Shown here: positions 38,199 to 48,205 of the stretch, piece after piece
Layout of the letters: every line of letters begins with the position of its first letter
Position numbering within the stretch: the stretch's first letter is position 1
Source: an uncultured archaeon
GTDB taxonomy: Archaea > Thermoproteota > Nitrososphaeria > Nitrososphaerales > Gagatemarchaeaceae
NCBI GenBank assembly: GCA_963817525.1
Contig: CAWFOU010000001.1
Coordinates: 160,001-224,000 of the forward strand
Length of the DNA: 64,000 nucleotides
Direction of reading: 5' to 3'
Translations under genes and position numbers: made by a program
The notes under the pieces: model-generated
The model's database searches: none
What the model was told of the DNA's origin: nothing
What the model saw: only the letters and a program-made list of their open reading frames with translations

Positions 38199-41100
38199 TT
38201 GCGCTTTTTCGCTTCCCCTGCCTCCTTCGCCGCGGCAATCGCCCTTCTGCTACTCACGCCCTCCTTCTTGGTCCTGAGCCCTGCCACGCTAGCGGCAACG
38301 CCGGGGCAGGGGCAGACCCCCCTGGCGCCGGTGCCGCCCTCCTCGTCCCCGAGCTCGGTCTCTAGCTACAAGACCGTCGGGGCGGCCGACCCGGCCATGT
38401 CTGTGCTGGTATCCGTAGCTATCCCGCTGAGGAACCTCCCGCTGCTCAGCTCGCTGGTGAGGCAGTCGTCCGACCCGAGCTCCCCCGAGTTCAGGCACTT
38501 CCTCACTTATGCGGAGGTCAGCCAGGAGTTCCTGCCCACGCAGGCGCAATATCAGTCCGTGGTCAGCTACCTGACCTCCAGGGGGTTCGACATCCAGTCC
38601 TCGTCGCTCAACTCGATGATCGTCGCCCGGGGCACGGTCGCCCAGGTCAACGAATACCTCGGGCAGGGAGTGCAGCTCTACACCAACGGGACCTACTCCT
38701 ACTACCAGACAACCGGGCCTTCGAGCCTCCCCGGGGCGTACTCCTTCGCCTCCAACTCCACCGCCTTGCTCGCGCGCCCCGACATCATGATGTCGGGGTC
38801 TGCGGCGTCCGGCCTCATCCCGAGCGGCAACGTGACCTTCACGGAGGGTGGGCAGGACACCAAGCTCCTAAGGACGGTCTACAACTCGACAGGCCTGCTC
38901 TCTCACGGCATCAACGGGACGGGCTACACCATCGGGCTATTGGATTTCTACGGGAACCCGGGAGTCGCCCAGGACCTAGCGCTCTATGACTCGACGTACG
39001 GCTACCCCGCGCCTCCGAGCTTCTCGATATCTCCGATCGGGCCGTACAACCCCAACCTAGGGGCCGCGGAGGGTTGGGACGGTGAGATCGACCTCGACGT
39101 CCAGGTCTCGCACGCGATGGCGCCGGGGGCGAGCATCATCCTCTACCCGGCCAACGGCGCGCTTCCCCTCTCCACGGCGGTCGCTGCGATAGTCGCGGAC
39201 GGGAAGGCCAACGTGGTCTCCCAGAGCTTCGGGCTCCCCGAATGGGAATACTACGAGGCAGGGCCGGAGGGCTACCTCTTCAACTCGGTCTTCACGGACG
39301 ACTATTACATGCTAGGCTCCGCGATGGGAATGACCTTCCTGGCCTCCTCAGGAGACGGAGGCGGGAGCGGCTTCAGCGCCGGCCCTGAGGGCGGGGCGGA
39401 ATACCCGAGCTCATCGCCATACGTGACGGCCCTCGGCGGGACTGACACCTACGTCTCGGCCACCGCGAGCGGCGGGTTGAGCATCAACCAGACCGCGTGG
39501 TCCAACATCGGCTTCGTCCCCTACTTTGAGAACGAAGGCGGAGGCGGAGGCGGCGTCAGCATAATCGAGCCCACCCCCTGGTACCAGTCCTCGCTCCAGG
39601 TGCCCGCGTCGTTCCCTGACGGGAGGATGGTCCCCGACCTCTCGCTCGACGCGAGCGGCGAGCCAGGGACCTTCATCATCTACGAGGGCGTCCCCACCGC
39701 CGTAGGCGGGACAAGCGAGGCGAGCCCCCTCTTCGCAGGGCTCCTCACGCTTTTGATGGGGACAGAGAAGGGGAGCCTCGGCCTGCTGAATCCGGCCGTA
39801 TACCAGATCGCCGGCAACTCGAGCACCTACCAAAAGGCCTTCACTCCCATAACCTTCGGCTACACCATCCCGTGGGTCTCGAAGCTCGGCTACAACCTGG
39901 CCACCGGCTGGGGCACCCCCAACATGGGCGAGCTGGCCAGCCTCTATGCTGCAGTCTCCCCGTCCTCCTCGACCTTGGACGTTGAAGTGTCGCTGCTCGA
40001 CCACGGGAACGCCAACTTCAGCGACTTCACGCCCGGTCAGGTCATCGACGTCCTGGCCAGCGTCACCACCCCGGCCGGGTCCACGGTGACCACGGGCACG
40101 TTCTCAGCAACGCTCCAGACCCTCGGCGGCACGTCCGCGCCCTTCTCGCTGACCTACAACAGCACCGTGCAGGGCTTCTCGGGGTCTATCCCGGTCGGGA
40201 ACCAGTCAGGTATCGCCGACATCGAAGTGGCGGGGACGTCAGGGGGCTCGAGAGGCGAGTCCTTCGCATCGACTTTCGTTGGCTACCTGGCGAACTTCAT
40301 CCAGCCCCTCGCCCCGTACCCGTGGACATACCTGACGGGCCTAGAGACGGGCGTCTCGATCACGGACCTCTTCGGGGACAAGCCCGCCTTCAACTCGACT
40401 TCGGTGGCCTTCGAGAGCTACTCGATACTCTCAAACACCTACACGCCCTCCGCCTCCGCCGTCCTTCAATACTCCTCCAGCGACGGCTACTACGAGGGCC
40501 TGCTGAACGAGAGCCTTCCCAACGGCCCCACTGCGCTGATCGCGCAGGGATCCGTGGTGGGATACCTCCCGTTCGTGAGCGGGATAAGCCTCCTCGGCTC
40601 CGACATCTATCCCCAGGTGGTGGCACAGCCGGGGGTGGTCGCCCCTGGCCAGTCGCTCACGATCGTCGCGACGGCGACCGCTCCCGAGAACGTCTACGAC
40701 GTCGAATCCTTGGCGACCGACAGCACCCTTGGGGCGACCATCGCCGAGGGTGCGAACGTCACCGCCACCCTGGTGAGCCCGACCGGCGTGGACCTCGTGA
40801 ACGTCTCGCTCCCGCTGCAGTCCTGCGCCCAAGCTCTGAGAGTCTGCGGCGCCAGCCTTTCGCTCATCAACGGCTACTTGACGATACCCGCGAACGCCTC
40901 GCCAGGCCTCTACACCGTCCTTCTCACCGCCAACTACAACGACGAGACCACGAGCTTCGACTACGGCGGGAGCTATTTCGGGCAGGTCTACGTGGCTCCC
41001 GGTGACTCGGCCCCCAAGATCACCGTGTCGCCGTCGACCCTCTTCGAGGGAGAGAACGCCACCATCACGGCCAGCATCGTCGCCCCCGACGGGTTGCAGG

Positions 41101-42200
41101 TGACCAACGGCCTCTACACGGCCCTGGTCTATCCGGAGACCGCCCAGAGCGACTACTCCTCGCTCATGCACTCCTCCTACGAGTCCTTTTCGCTCGTGCC
41201 ACTGAAGTTCGACCCCGGCATGGGCATGTGGACCGGCCAGGTGACCATGCCATCGCCCTACAACTCCTCGTCGGTCTCCTCCATCAACGCGAACGCCGAG
41301 TACTACGGAGGGCCTTACGACGTCTACGTCTCCGGGATATCGGCCGGCGGCGTCCCCACCGTGTCCGACCTCTCCGCCCAGCAAGGCTTCTACGTCCAGC
41401 CCTACGTCTTCACATCGGACACCGTGATGGTGGCCCCGCAGCAGACCTCTCGCATGGCGCTCTCCGACGTCACGATAAACGCCGGGTCTTCCCCGCTCGA
41501 CCTCTCCGGCGACTACTTCTTCGGGAACAACACGGTGACTGGCTCCGACGTGACCATTTCGGCGTCCACCGTGAGCGGGACCTTGAACCTCCAGGGCGGA
41601 CAATCCACCCTCGACGGCGTGACCGGTGGGGACGTTGTCGCCACTGACACCCACGTCATCCTCGAGCACACCTCTCTCTCTTCCCTCGACCTCGGCGCCG
41701 GGGCGACGGCGTCCATAGACCCCGCCTCGTCGTACCAGACAGTCGCACCCGCGCTCCCCGTCCTGACGATCACCTCTCCCCTGACGAACGCGAGCTACAC
41801 GGGCACGGTAAACGCGCAGGTCGCGGTGCAGGGGAGCGCGATAACGGCGGTCACGTTCCTCCTCGACGGGGAGCGGCTGCCCTCGCTGGGCGCCCCCAAC
41901 GGCACGGAGGTCTCGTATCCGCTCGACACCGCCTCGCTGCCCGACGGGACGCACACCCTTACAGTGGTCGTCGTCCAGTCGGACCTGCTCTCGACCACAG
42001 CCGCGGTCTCGTTTGTCACTCACAACCAGCTCGCCGCTGTCACCAGCAGCCTGGCCAGCGCCAACACGAGCATCTCCGACCTTAGGAGCACCGTCAACGA
42101 CCTGACGGACCTCGTCTATCTCGCGGTCGTTGTCGCAGTTGTCGCTATCGCTGTGGCCGGGTATGCCCTTCGCAAAGGGACCGCACCCTGGAAGTACTGA
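38199..42200 (+). CDS. Membrane-anchored S53 (sedolisin/kumamolisin) protease with pro-domain and long C-terminal extension
   Basis: Signal peptide, DPSSPEFRHFLT pro-domain, EIDLD, SSGDGG, GGTSEASP, C-terminal TM. Confidence 0.9.
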   Translation: MRFFASPASFAAAIALLLLTPSFLVLSPATLAATPGQGQTPLAPVPPSSSPSSVSSYKTVGAADPAMSVLVSVAIPLRNLPLLSSLVRQSSDPSSPEFRHFLTYAEVSQEFLPTQAQYQSVVSYLTSRGFDIQSSSLNSMIVARGTVAQVNEYLGQGVQLYTNGTYSYYQTTGPSSLPGAYSFASNSTALLARPDIMMSGSAASGLIPSGNVTFTEGGQDTKLLRTVYNSTGLLSHGINGTGYTIGLLDFYGNPGVAQDLALYDSTYGYPAPPSFSISPIGPYNPNLGAAEGWDGEIDLDVQVSHAMAPGASIILYPANGALPLSTAVAAIVADGKANVVSQSFGLPEWEYYEAGPEGYLFNSVFTDDYYMLGSAMGMTFLASSGDGGGSGFSAGPEGGAEYPSSSPYVTALGGTDTYVSATASGGLSINQTAWSNIGFVPYFENEGGGGGGVSIIEPTPWYQSSLQVPASFPDGRMVPDLSLDASGEPGTFIIYEGVPTAVGGTSEASPLFAGLLTLLMGTEKGSLGLLNPAVYQIAGNSSTYQKAFTPITFGYTIPWVSKLGYNLATGWGTPNMGELASLYAAVSPSSSTLDVEVSLLDHGNANFSDFTPGQVIDVLASVTTPAGSTVTTGTFSATLQTLGGTSAPFSLTYNSTVQGFSGSIPVGNQSGIADIEVAGTSGGSRGESFASTFVGYLANFIQPLAPYPWTYLTGLETGVSITDLFGDKPAFNSTSVAFESYSILSNTYTPSASAVLQYSSSDGYYEGLLNESLPNGPTALIAQGSVVGYLPFVSGISLLGSDIYPQVVAQPGVVAPGQSLTIVATATAPENVYDVESLATDSTLGATIAEGANVTATLVSPTGVDLVNVSLPLQSCAQALRVCGASLSLINGYLTIPANASPGLYTVLLTANYNDETTSFDYGGSYFGQVYVAPGDSAPKITVSPSTLFEGENATITASIVAPDGLQVTNGLYTALVYPETAQSDYSSLMHSSYESFSLVPLKFDPGMGMWTGQVTMPSPYNSSSVSSINANAEYYGGPYDVYVSGISAGGVPTVSDLSAQQGFYVQPYVFTSDTVMVAPQQTSRMALSDVTINAGSSPLDLSGDYFFGNNTVTGSDVTISASTVSGTLNLQGGQSTLDGVTGGDVVATDTHVILEHTSLSSLDLGAGATASIDPASSYQTVAPALPVLTITSPLTNASYTGTVNAQVAVQGSAITAVTFLLDGERLPSLGAPNGTEVSYPLDTASLPDGTHTLTVVVVQSDLLSTTAAVSFVTHNQLAAVTSSLASANTSISDLRSTVNDLTDLVYLAVVVAVVAIAVAGYALRKGTAPWKY

Positions 42201-42239
42201 CGGCGACGGCCGTGTCAGGCTGGAGTAAGGGCTGAGTCG

Positions 42240-43148
42240 CTAGGGAGTCGCCGCGTCGGGCTTCTCCTCGTGCTCGCTCGCCGCGTCCCCGTCCAGCCTC
42301 ATCGCAGAGATCGCCCCCGCTACGGCCTGCGTAGCCTTTTCGCGCTCCTGCGCGAGCTGTAGGGCGACCTGCTTCGCGGACTCCACGTCGACCAGCTTGG
42401 CCCGGGCGTCGTTGAGCTTCCTTTCCGCCTCGACGTACTCCGATTCCCCATCCGCGGAGGCGCCCGCCGCTGTCGCTCGGGTCTTGCGCGACCTCTCAAT
42501 CTCCTCGCCCAGCGCGCTGATCTTCGACTCGACCTCCTTGACCTCGGCCTCGGCCTTCGCGGTGGCGGCGCCCGTCTTGAGAAGGCGGCGCGTGAAATAG
42601 CCTCTCGACTGGTCGACGGCCTTCAACTCCTCGACCTTGTCCTTCTTGGCCTTCAGGTCCTTCACGCACGCTTCGCGCTCGTTCTTCAGCGAAACCAGCC
42701 TCGCCGCGGCCTTCCTCTTGGCTTCCTCGAGTGACGCCTTCGCCTCCTCCTCTATCCTGAGCAGCTTCTCTATCTCAGAGTCAAATGCGCTCGAGCCCGA
42801 CGATAGCGCAAGGTGAGCCTCCGCCTCCTTCCTCTTGGCCTGGAACTCCTCGGTGGTCCTCTCCTCCCCTATCTTCTCCTCAAAGTCGTCCAGGAGGGAG
42901 TCGAAGTTCCTCTTCCAGTGGTCGAGGTCGTAGCCGCCAGGCTCGGAGGAGAGGACTTGGTGGCCGAGCCGGTCGAGCGCCAGGACGGTCCTCGTCCTCA
43001 CTGCTTCCAGGTCGAGGCTCCCTGACTCTTGGAGGTGGCCCAGTCTGTGGGTGTGGAACTCCTGCTTCTTCCTCTTCTGCTTCTTCTCCTTGCTCGAGAA
43101 CCCCTTCGCCCCAGAGCGCGTCCTCCCTGTCTGGCTGCCGAAGCTCAA
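42240..43148 (-). CDS. Coiled-coil hypothetical protein
   Basis: 302-aa K/E/A-rich helical ORF. Confidence 0.6.
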   Translation of the reverse strand: MSFGSQTGRTRSGAKGFSSKEKKQKRKKQEFHTHRLGHLQESGSLDLEAVRTRTVLALDRLGHQVLSSEPGGYDLDHWKRNFDSLLDDFEEKIGEERTTEEFQAKRKEAEAHLALSSGSSAFDSEIEKLLRIEEEAKASLEEAKRKAAARLVSLKNEREACVKDLKAKKDKVEELKAVDQSRGYFTRRLLKTGAATAKAEAEVKEVESKISALGEEIERSRKTRATAAGASADGESEYVEAERKLNDARAKLVDVESAKQVALQLAQEREKATQAVAGAISAMRLDGDAASEHEEKPDAATP

Positions 43149-43197
43149 AGCGACCTACACCCGTCCGTGGCTCCCCGTTTAAAGGTGAAGCGGAGCG

Positions 43198-43620
43198 TCA
43201 GCCGAGCTTCGCGATCTCGGCCGCGATCGACTTTGCGACCCTGGCCATCTCGGCGTCCTCCATCTTCATCCTGGCGAACCTCCCCTTGTCCGCTAGGTTG
43301 CTCGGGATGACGTGGACGTGGATGTGCGCCACCGCCTGGTTCGCCGCCTCGCCGTTGTTCTGCATTATCCTAAAGCCGTCGGCGTTGGTCGCCGCGACCA
43401 CCCCCTTGGAGACCTTCGATGCGACCATGAACACCTCGGCGATCTCGCGCTCGTCCATGTCCCAGAGGGTCTCCCCGTGCCTCCTCGTACAGACCAGGGT
43501 GTGGCCAGGCGAGAACGGGTTGATGTCCAAGAAGGCGACGTGGCGCTCGTCCTCGAAGACCTTGTGGGAGGGGAGCTTCCCCGCGATTATCTTGCAGAAC
43601 ACGCAGTCCTCCTGGGGCAC
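43198..43620 (-). CDS. HIT family nucleotide hydrolase
   Basis: DCVFCKI, DINPFSPGHTL, HIHVHVIP; probable GTG start at 43620. Confidence 0.93.
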   Translation of the reverse strand: MPQEDCVFCKIIAGKLPSHKVFEDERHVAFLDINPFSPGHTLVCTRRHGETLWDMDEREIAEVFMVASKVSKGVVAATNADGFRIMQNNGEAANQAVAHIHVHVIPSNLADKGRFARMKMEDAEMARVAKSIAAEIAKLG

Positions 43621-43762
43621 GCTCGCCGAATTGTAGATCCTCCTTGGGGCCCTGCTCAAAGTCCGCGTCTTCATCGCCACGGCGTCATTTTTCTAAACCT
43701 TTCCCCGCAAAAGGGGGAACGGATATAACCAGAACCGGACGACGCGCACCACGATAGGACAC

Positions 43763-43969
43763 ATGGGATCTGCATCTCCTTCGTCGCAGTCCTCCCTCGG
43801 CAGGAAGGACGTGAGGAGGATGCTGACCGTCTTCGCCGTCCTGGCCGTCGCAGGGGTGCTCTTGTTCGCGTTCTCGCGCATCCTGGGGCTCCTGATCCTC
43901 GTGGCTGCCGAGGTCTTCTTCGTCATCGCCTACCGCAGGTTCTCGAAGATCTCCAAAGGCGAGGGCTGA
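43763..43969 (+). CDS. Small membrane protein
   Basis: 68 aa, hydrophobic hairpin, basic C-terminus. Confidence 0.55.
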   Translation: MGSASPSSQSSLGRKDVRRMLTVFAVLAVAGVLLFAFSRILGLLILVAAEVFFVIAYRRFSKISKGEG

Positions 43970-43975
43970 TCCGGG

Positions 43976-44463
43976 TCAGGCACTCGGCCGCCTCGCGTCG
44001 CCCGACCACCTCTCCGCAGCCGGGTGGTCCTCTCTGACCGCCACAAAAGTCCCGTGCAGCATCGCGGTCACGGGCCCGTCCGCCCTCAGGGTGGACTCCA
44101 CCACCACCTTCCGACCGGCGACCTCCTTGGTCCTCGCCTCGAGGACAGAGGCGCGATGTGGGTTGGCTTGAGAAACTCCACGAAGATCGAGGCTGTCACG
44201 GTCGGGGGCGGCGCCTTGGACCCCGCGCTGACCATCAGAGAATAGGCCGCCGTCCAGTTGCTGTGGCAGTCGAGGACCGTCGAGATCACTCCTCCGCTCA
44301 GGAACCCGTCGAACGCGTGGTGATACGGCTTGGGCGTCCACCTCGCCACCAGCGAGTCCCCCTCGACGAAGCTGCGTATCTTGAGGCCTCGCTGGTTGGA
44401 GGGCCCGCAGCCAAAGCAGACGCTCGACGGCGCGTACTGCTCCTGCAGGCTCTCCTGCCCCAC
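43976..44463 (-). CDS. PaaI/hotdog thioesterase, frameshifted near 44146 (error or pseudogene)
   Basis: CFGCGPSN and GGVISTVLDCH in one frame; continues as VLEARTKEVAGRKVVV...GTFVAV in another. Confidence 0.75.
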
Positions 44464-44562
44464 GGCCTTTCGTGGGCGGCCGGCGCTCCCTTTATCCTAT
44501 CCGGCCGACCGGCCGCGTTGGCGCTTAAATCCCGGAGGCGGGTAATCGGCGGGTGCCTGTGG

Positions 44563-44742
44563 TTGAGGAGGGGACTTTGCTTCAGGTGCGGCCGAGAGAT
44601 AGGCGGGTTCCTCAGGCCGCCCGCCTGGAGGTGCGCCGTCTGTCAGCACCTCTACTGCGAGGGTTGCGCCAAGAAGAAGGTGGGACTCATCTTGAAAAAG
44701 CCGACATGCCCTGAGTGCAAGGTCGAGCTGCGGGAAGGGTGA
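44563..44742 (+). CDS. 59-aa eight-cysteine RING/FYVE-like zinc-finger protein
   Basis: CFRC-x14-CAVCQHLYCEGC-x13-CPEC; TTG start; TTAAAT upstream. Confidence 0.7.
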   Translation: MRRGLCFRCGREIGGFLRPPAWRCAVCQHLYCEGCAKKKVGLILKKPTCPECKVELREG

Positions 44743-44748
44743 CGGGGC

Positions 44749-45216
44749 TCAGGTCAGCTCGACCGACCCGAGCCAGGTCGTCGTCTGGGAGAGGCTGTCG
44801 GTGACCTTGATCGTATACGTGCACGTCCATCCCGCCTGTTGTCCCGCCGGGATGAGGGGTATGGTGCCGGCGCCCTTGGAGGAGTCGTAGGTGAAGTTGA
44901 TCACCGTGTAGGTCGTCGACTCTCCTACGGTCGAGTTGGGCCCCGTGCAGAGCCGTGAGCCCGAGACCGCGGAGACCCGGGTCGAGAAGGCGACCGTGAA
45001 GTACGCAGTGACCACGCTCTCGTTCTGTGTCACCTTCGTCAGCCCCCCGCTGTGGAGCGCGACGCCCTGTGCGGAGGTCCCCCAGTAGACGGTGTTGAAG
45101 ACGGGCTGTGACGTCGCGCTCTGCCCGGGAGAGAAGCTGGAGAGGAGGAGGACCACCGCGATCAGCGCGACGAGCTGGATGACGACTATCCCCACCTCTC
45201 CGCGCTCCAGCTTCAT
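44749..45216 (-). CDS. Membrane-anchored/secreted hypothetical protein
   Basis: N-terminal TM followed by Thr/Ser-rich beta domain. Confidence 0.6.
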   Translation of the reverse strand: MKLERGEVGIVVIQLVALIAVVLLLSSFSPGQSATSQPVFNTVYWGTSAQGVALHSGGLTKVTQNESVVTAYFTVAFSTRVSAVSGSRLCTGPNSTVGESTTYTVINFTYDSSKGAGTIPLIPAGQQAGWTCTYTIKVTDSLSQTTTWLGSVELT

Positions 45217-45268
45217 TGGGTCTGCCTGACCATTCCCTCGCACGAATATACGTTGCTGTGGGGCTGCT

Positions 45269-46363
45269 CTACTTTCCCGTGGCTTCCAGGGCCGCCAGGA
45301 AGCGGTCGTTCTGGTCCTTCGTGCCTATCGTCAGGCGGAGGCAGTCGCCTATCTCGCTGGCCTTCGAGTAGCTGCGGAGGACGAACCCCTTCCTCATCAG
45401 GGCCTCGTGGAGCGCCGCTGCTCCCGCAGTCCCTCCTCTTACCCTGAGCAGGATGAAGTTGGTCTGCCCGGGATAGGCGCGGACGGAGCCCGTCCCCTCG
45501 ATGGTCTTGAAGACCCTCTTCCTCTCGCTCACTATCCTCCTCACGTTGCCGCGCATCTCCCCGAGGTTGCGCAGGGCGTCCTCCGCGAGCACGAGCGAGG
45601 CGACGGTGAGGCTGTTGGGGGGTCGCACCAGGTTGAGCTGGTCGACCGTCTCGCGCCTCGCGACAAGGTATCCCACCCTCACCCCGGCCATCGAGAAGGC
45701 CTTCGAGAACGTCCTGCAGACCACCAGGTTGTCGTACCTCTCAGTGAGGTCCATCGCCGTCTCTCCCCAGAACTCAAAGTATGCCTCGTCCACCGCCACC
45801 GCGACCTTAGCTTCCCTCGCGATCTTCTCGACTTCGGAGATGGGCGTGGGGTTCCCGGTGGGGCTGTTGGGGTTGCAGAGGAAGATGAGCTTTGTCCTAG
45901 GTGTCAGCGCTGCGAGCACGTCGTCCGCGCCTATGGAGAAGTCTCCCGAGTCCCTCTTCACGTACACCATGCGGGCCCCCATGACCTCCGAGGCGACCCT
46001 GAACATCGAGTAGGTCGGGACGGGCATGACGACCTCGTCGCCGTTGTCGAGCACCGTCTTGCAGATGATGTCCAGCCCCTCGTCGGCCCCGTTGGTCACG
46101 ACGAACCTGTCCACTCCGACCCCGCAGTAGCCCGCGAGCCCCCTGCGCAGGTCGAGATACGAGGTGTCCGGGTACTGGTTGACCTCCAGCTTCAGGGCCT
46201 TCTTCGACAGGAGCCTGAGCTCGGGCAGGGGGGCGAAGGGAGAGGTGTTTGTGTCGAGCCTGACTATCTGCCCCACCTTCAGCCCCACCTTCTCGGCGAT
46301 CTCGTGGCTCGGGGTCTCCCAGCCGTAGGCGCCAAAGTCGCCGAACATCTTCCTGATTCTCAA
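45269..46363 (-). CDS. hisC: Histidinol-phosphate aminotransferase
   Basis: NGADE, CNPNSPTG, DEAY, RTFSKAFSMAGVRVG motifs. Confidence 0.92.
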   Translation of the reverse strand: MRIRKMFGDFGAYGWETPSHEIAEKVGLKVGQIVRLDTNTSPFAPLPELRLLSKKALKLEVNQYPDTSYLDLRRGLAGYCGVGVDRFVVTNGADEGLDIICKTVLDNGDEVVMPVPTYSMFRVASEVMGARMVYVKRDSGDFSIGADDVLAALTPRTKLIFLCNPNSPTGNPTPISEVEKIAREAKVAVAVDEAYFEFWGETAMDLTERYDNLVVCRTFSKAFSMAGVRVGYLVARRETVDQLNLVRPPNSLTVASLVLAEDALRNLGEMRGNVRRIVSERKRVFKTIEGTGSVRAYPGQTNFILLRVRGGTAGAAALHEALMRKGFVLRSYSKASEIGDCLRLTIGTKDQNDRFLAALEATGK

Positions 46364-46410
46364 GTGTCGTCTCCTCCCCGGCCACTACGTCATTAAAGCT
46401 GTTCGAAAGG

Positions 46411-46944
46411 TCAGTACCTGTTGTAGAACCTGGCCTTGAGGTTGCGATTCCAGAGCCTGGCCGCGATGACTCCCGCCACCGCCCCGCTGACGACCCCAAA
46501 CACGAGGATCGTTGCGTCAGTGACCGGGTCGTGAGGGACACCCTTGAACGAGGCGGGGAACGCGAACACGCTGACGTAGAACGCCCCCAGCCCGACCACG
46601 CCCGTGCTTACCATCATGCACGCCGCGAGCCTGACTGAGCTCGCAACCCCGTCCTTCTGGACTCGGAAGAGGGCGCCGAGGACGTCCACGAGCACGCCAA
46701 AGAGGGTCGCGAAGACGAGGTCCACCGGGAAGAACCCGAGCTTGACCACCGTTATCAGGAGCCCACTGACGACCCCGACGTAGCTCGCACCGCCCCGCCC
46801 AACCACGAGGTAGCTCAGGGCGAGCAGGAGCGACTGGATCACTATCAGAAAGTCAGAGTCGGGGGCCGGGATGAACCCGTTGGTCACCAGGATCATGGCG
46901 CCGAATATGGCGCCCAGGGCGATCCTCCTAGAGCTGCTGACCAA
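46411..46944 (-). CDS. Membrane protein, ECF transporter S-component-like
   Basis: 177 aa, 5-6 TM helices, IALGAIFGA start. Confidence 0.55.
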   Translation of the reverse strand: MVSSSRRIALGAIFGAMILVTNGFIPAPDSDFLIVIQSLLLALSYLVVGRGGASYVGVVSGLLITVVKLGFFPVDLVFATLFGVLVDVLGALFRVQKDGVASSVRLAACMMVSTGVVGLGAFYVSVFAFPASFKGVPHDPVTDATILVFGVVSGAVAGVIAARLWNRNLKARFYNRY

Positions 46945-46988
46945 ACGGGGGCGCGACCTGCAAACGGGATTTAAGCGTTGACGAGTGT

Positions 46989-48205
46989 GGCTCTGGTACG
47001 TCTTCGGAAGATGGGCGCTTATATCGTGAAATCGCCTTTCAGGGCATGGAGTCGGTTAGGGCGATCCGCTTCAGGTACGAGGCCTCCGAGGAGCTGTCCT
47101 CCCTTTTCGAGGAGTTCGGCCTCATGTGCAACGACGCCATCAGGATTGCCCTGAAGGAGAAGCCAAAGAGCAGGTTCAGGCTCATCGAGCTCGCCTACCC
47201 CGGGCTCAAGGAGTACGGACTACACACCCACTACATCCTCTCGGCCTGCGAGGTCGCCTATTCCGCCTACAAGAACCGGAAGAGAAAGTCCGCACCCCGC
47301 ATAACAAGGCCGTTCATCAAGCTCGACAGCAAGACATACACCCTGAACCACTTAATCGTCAGGATTCCGACGCGCCCCAGGCATTTCATCTACCTGACCC
47401 TGCACGCGTCCAACTACCACCTCTCCTTTATCGACGACCCCACTTTGAAGCGGGGTCAGATCACCCTGACTGACACAGCGCTCGCGATTGCTTTCACCAA
47501 GAAGGCCGTCGAAACCGAGGCCCGAGGCAGGATGGGGATAGACGTGAACGAGAGGAACGTTACCTGGGCCGACTCGGCAGGGACGGTGCGGAAGGAAGAC
47601 ACGTCGGTGGTCGCGGAGCTCAAGGAGAGATACAAGGCGCTCAGGGCGAAGATCGCCGAGCGGACGAGCAAGGACCGACGCATCCAACGAAAGCTCCTCT
47701 CAAAGTACGGGAGGCGCGAGAGGGACAGGACGACCCAGGCCCTACACCGCGTCACGAAGAGGATCGTCGGGCACGCGGAGGCGAACGGCCAGGCGATCGT
47801 CATGGAGAACCTTAGAGGCATCAGGAAGCTCTATCGCAGAGGGAACGGACAAGGACCGTCCTTCAGGGGAAGGATGAACTCGTGGACGTTCCGCGAGATC
47901 CAGCGGCAGATCGAGTACAAGGCGCGATGGGAGGGCGTCCCCGTCCACTACGTCGACCCCAGAGGCACGTCCCGAAATTGCCCGAAGTGTGGCTCCTCTC
48001 TCATACAACTCGAAGGGCGCAGGCTCTTGTGCCATTCGTGCAAGCAGACCGAGGATAGGGACGACATTGCCGCGATGAACATAATGGCCTGCGCGGTTCC
48101 GCAGGCTCGGCCTGGCGGGTGAAGCTGTGATGGGGAACGAGACGTCGACTCCAATCCTCGGAGCAGATGCCAGGAAGGCGCGTCTCCGGAAGGCGCACCA
48201 GAACC
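46989..48205 (+). mobile_element. 1217-bp non-autonomous TIR element carrying tnpB, with 8-bp target-site duplication
   Basis: Left end GGCTCTGGTACGTCTTC, right end (revcomp) GGTTCTGGTGCGCCTTC; flanks ACGAGTGT (46981-46988) and ACGAGCGT (48206-48213). Confidence 0.8.
47046..48122 (+). CDS. tnpB: RNA-guided endonuclease TnpB (Cas12f-like)
   Basis: RuvC GIDVN / VMENL / DRDDIAAMNI intact; CPKC...CHSC zinc finger. Confidence 0.95.
   Translation: MESVRAIRFRYEASEELSSLFEEFGLMCNDAIRIALKEKPKSRFRLIELAYPGLKEYGLHTHYILSACEVAYSAYKNRKRKSAPRITRPFIKLDSKTYTLNHLIVRIPTRPRHFIYLTLHASNYHLSFIDDPTLKRGQITLTDTALAIAFTKKAVETEARGRMGIDVNERNVTWADSAGTVRKEDTSVVAELKERYKALRAKIAERTSKDRRIQRKLLSKYGRRERDRTTQALHRVTKRIVGHAEANGQAIVMENLRGIRKLYRRGNGQGPSFRGRMNSWTFREIQRQIEYKARWEGVPVHYVDPRGTSRNCPKCGSSLIQLEGRRLLCHSCKQTEDRDDIAAMNIMACAVPQARPGG

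Noticed and set aside
46998-47012. IS200/IS605-type subterminal hairpins as the true element ends
   Set aside because: Short palindromes exist within both ends, but the similarity extends outward in inverted orientation and is bounded by an 8-bp duplication, which fits TIR ends better. Not fully excluded.
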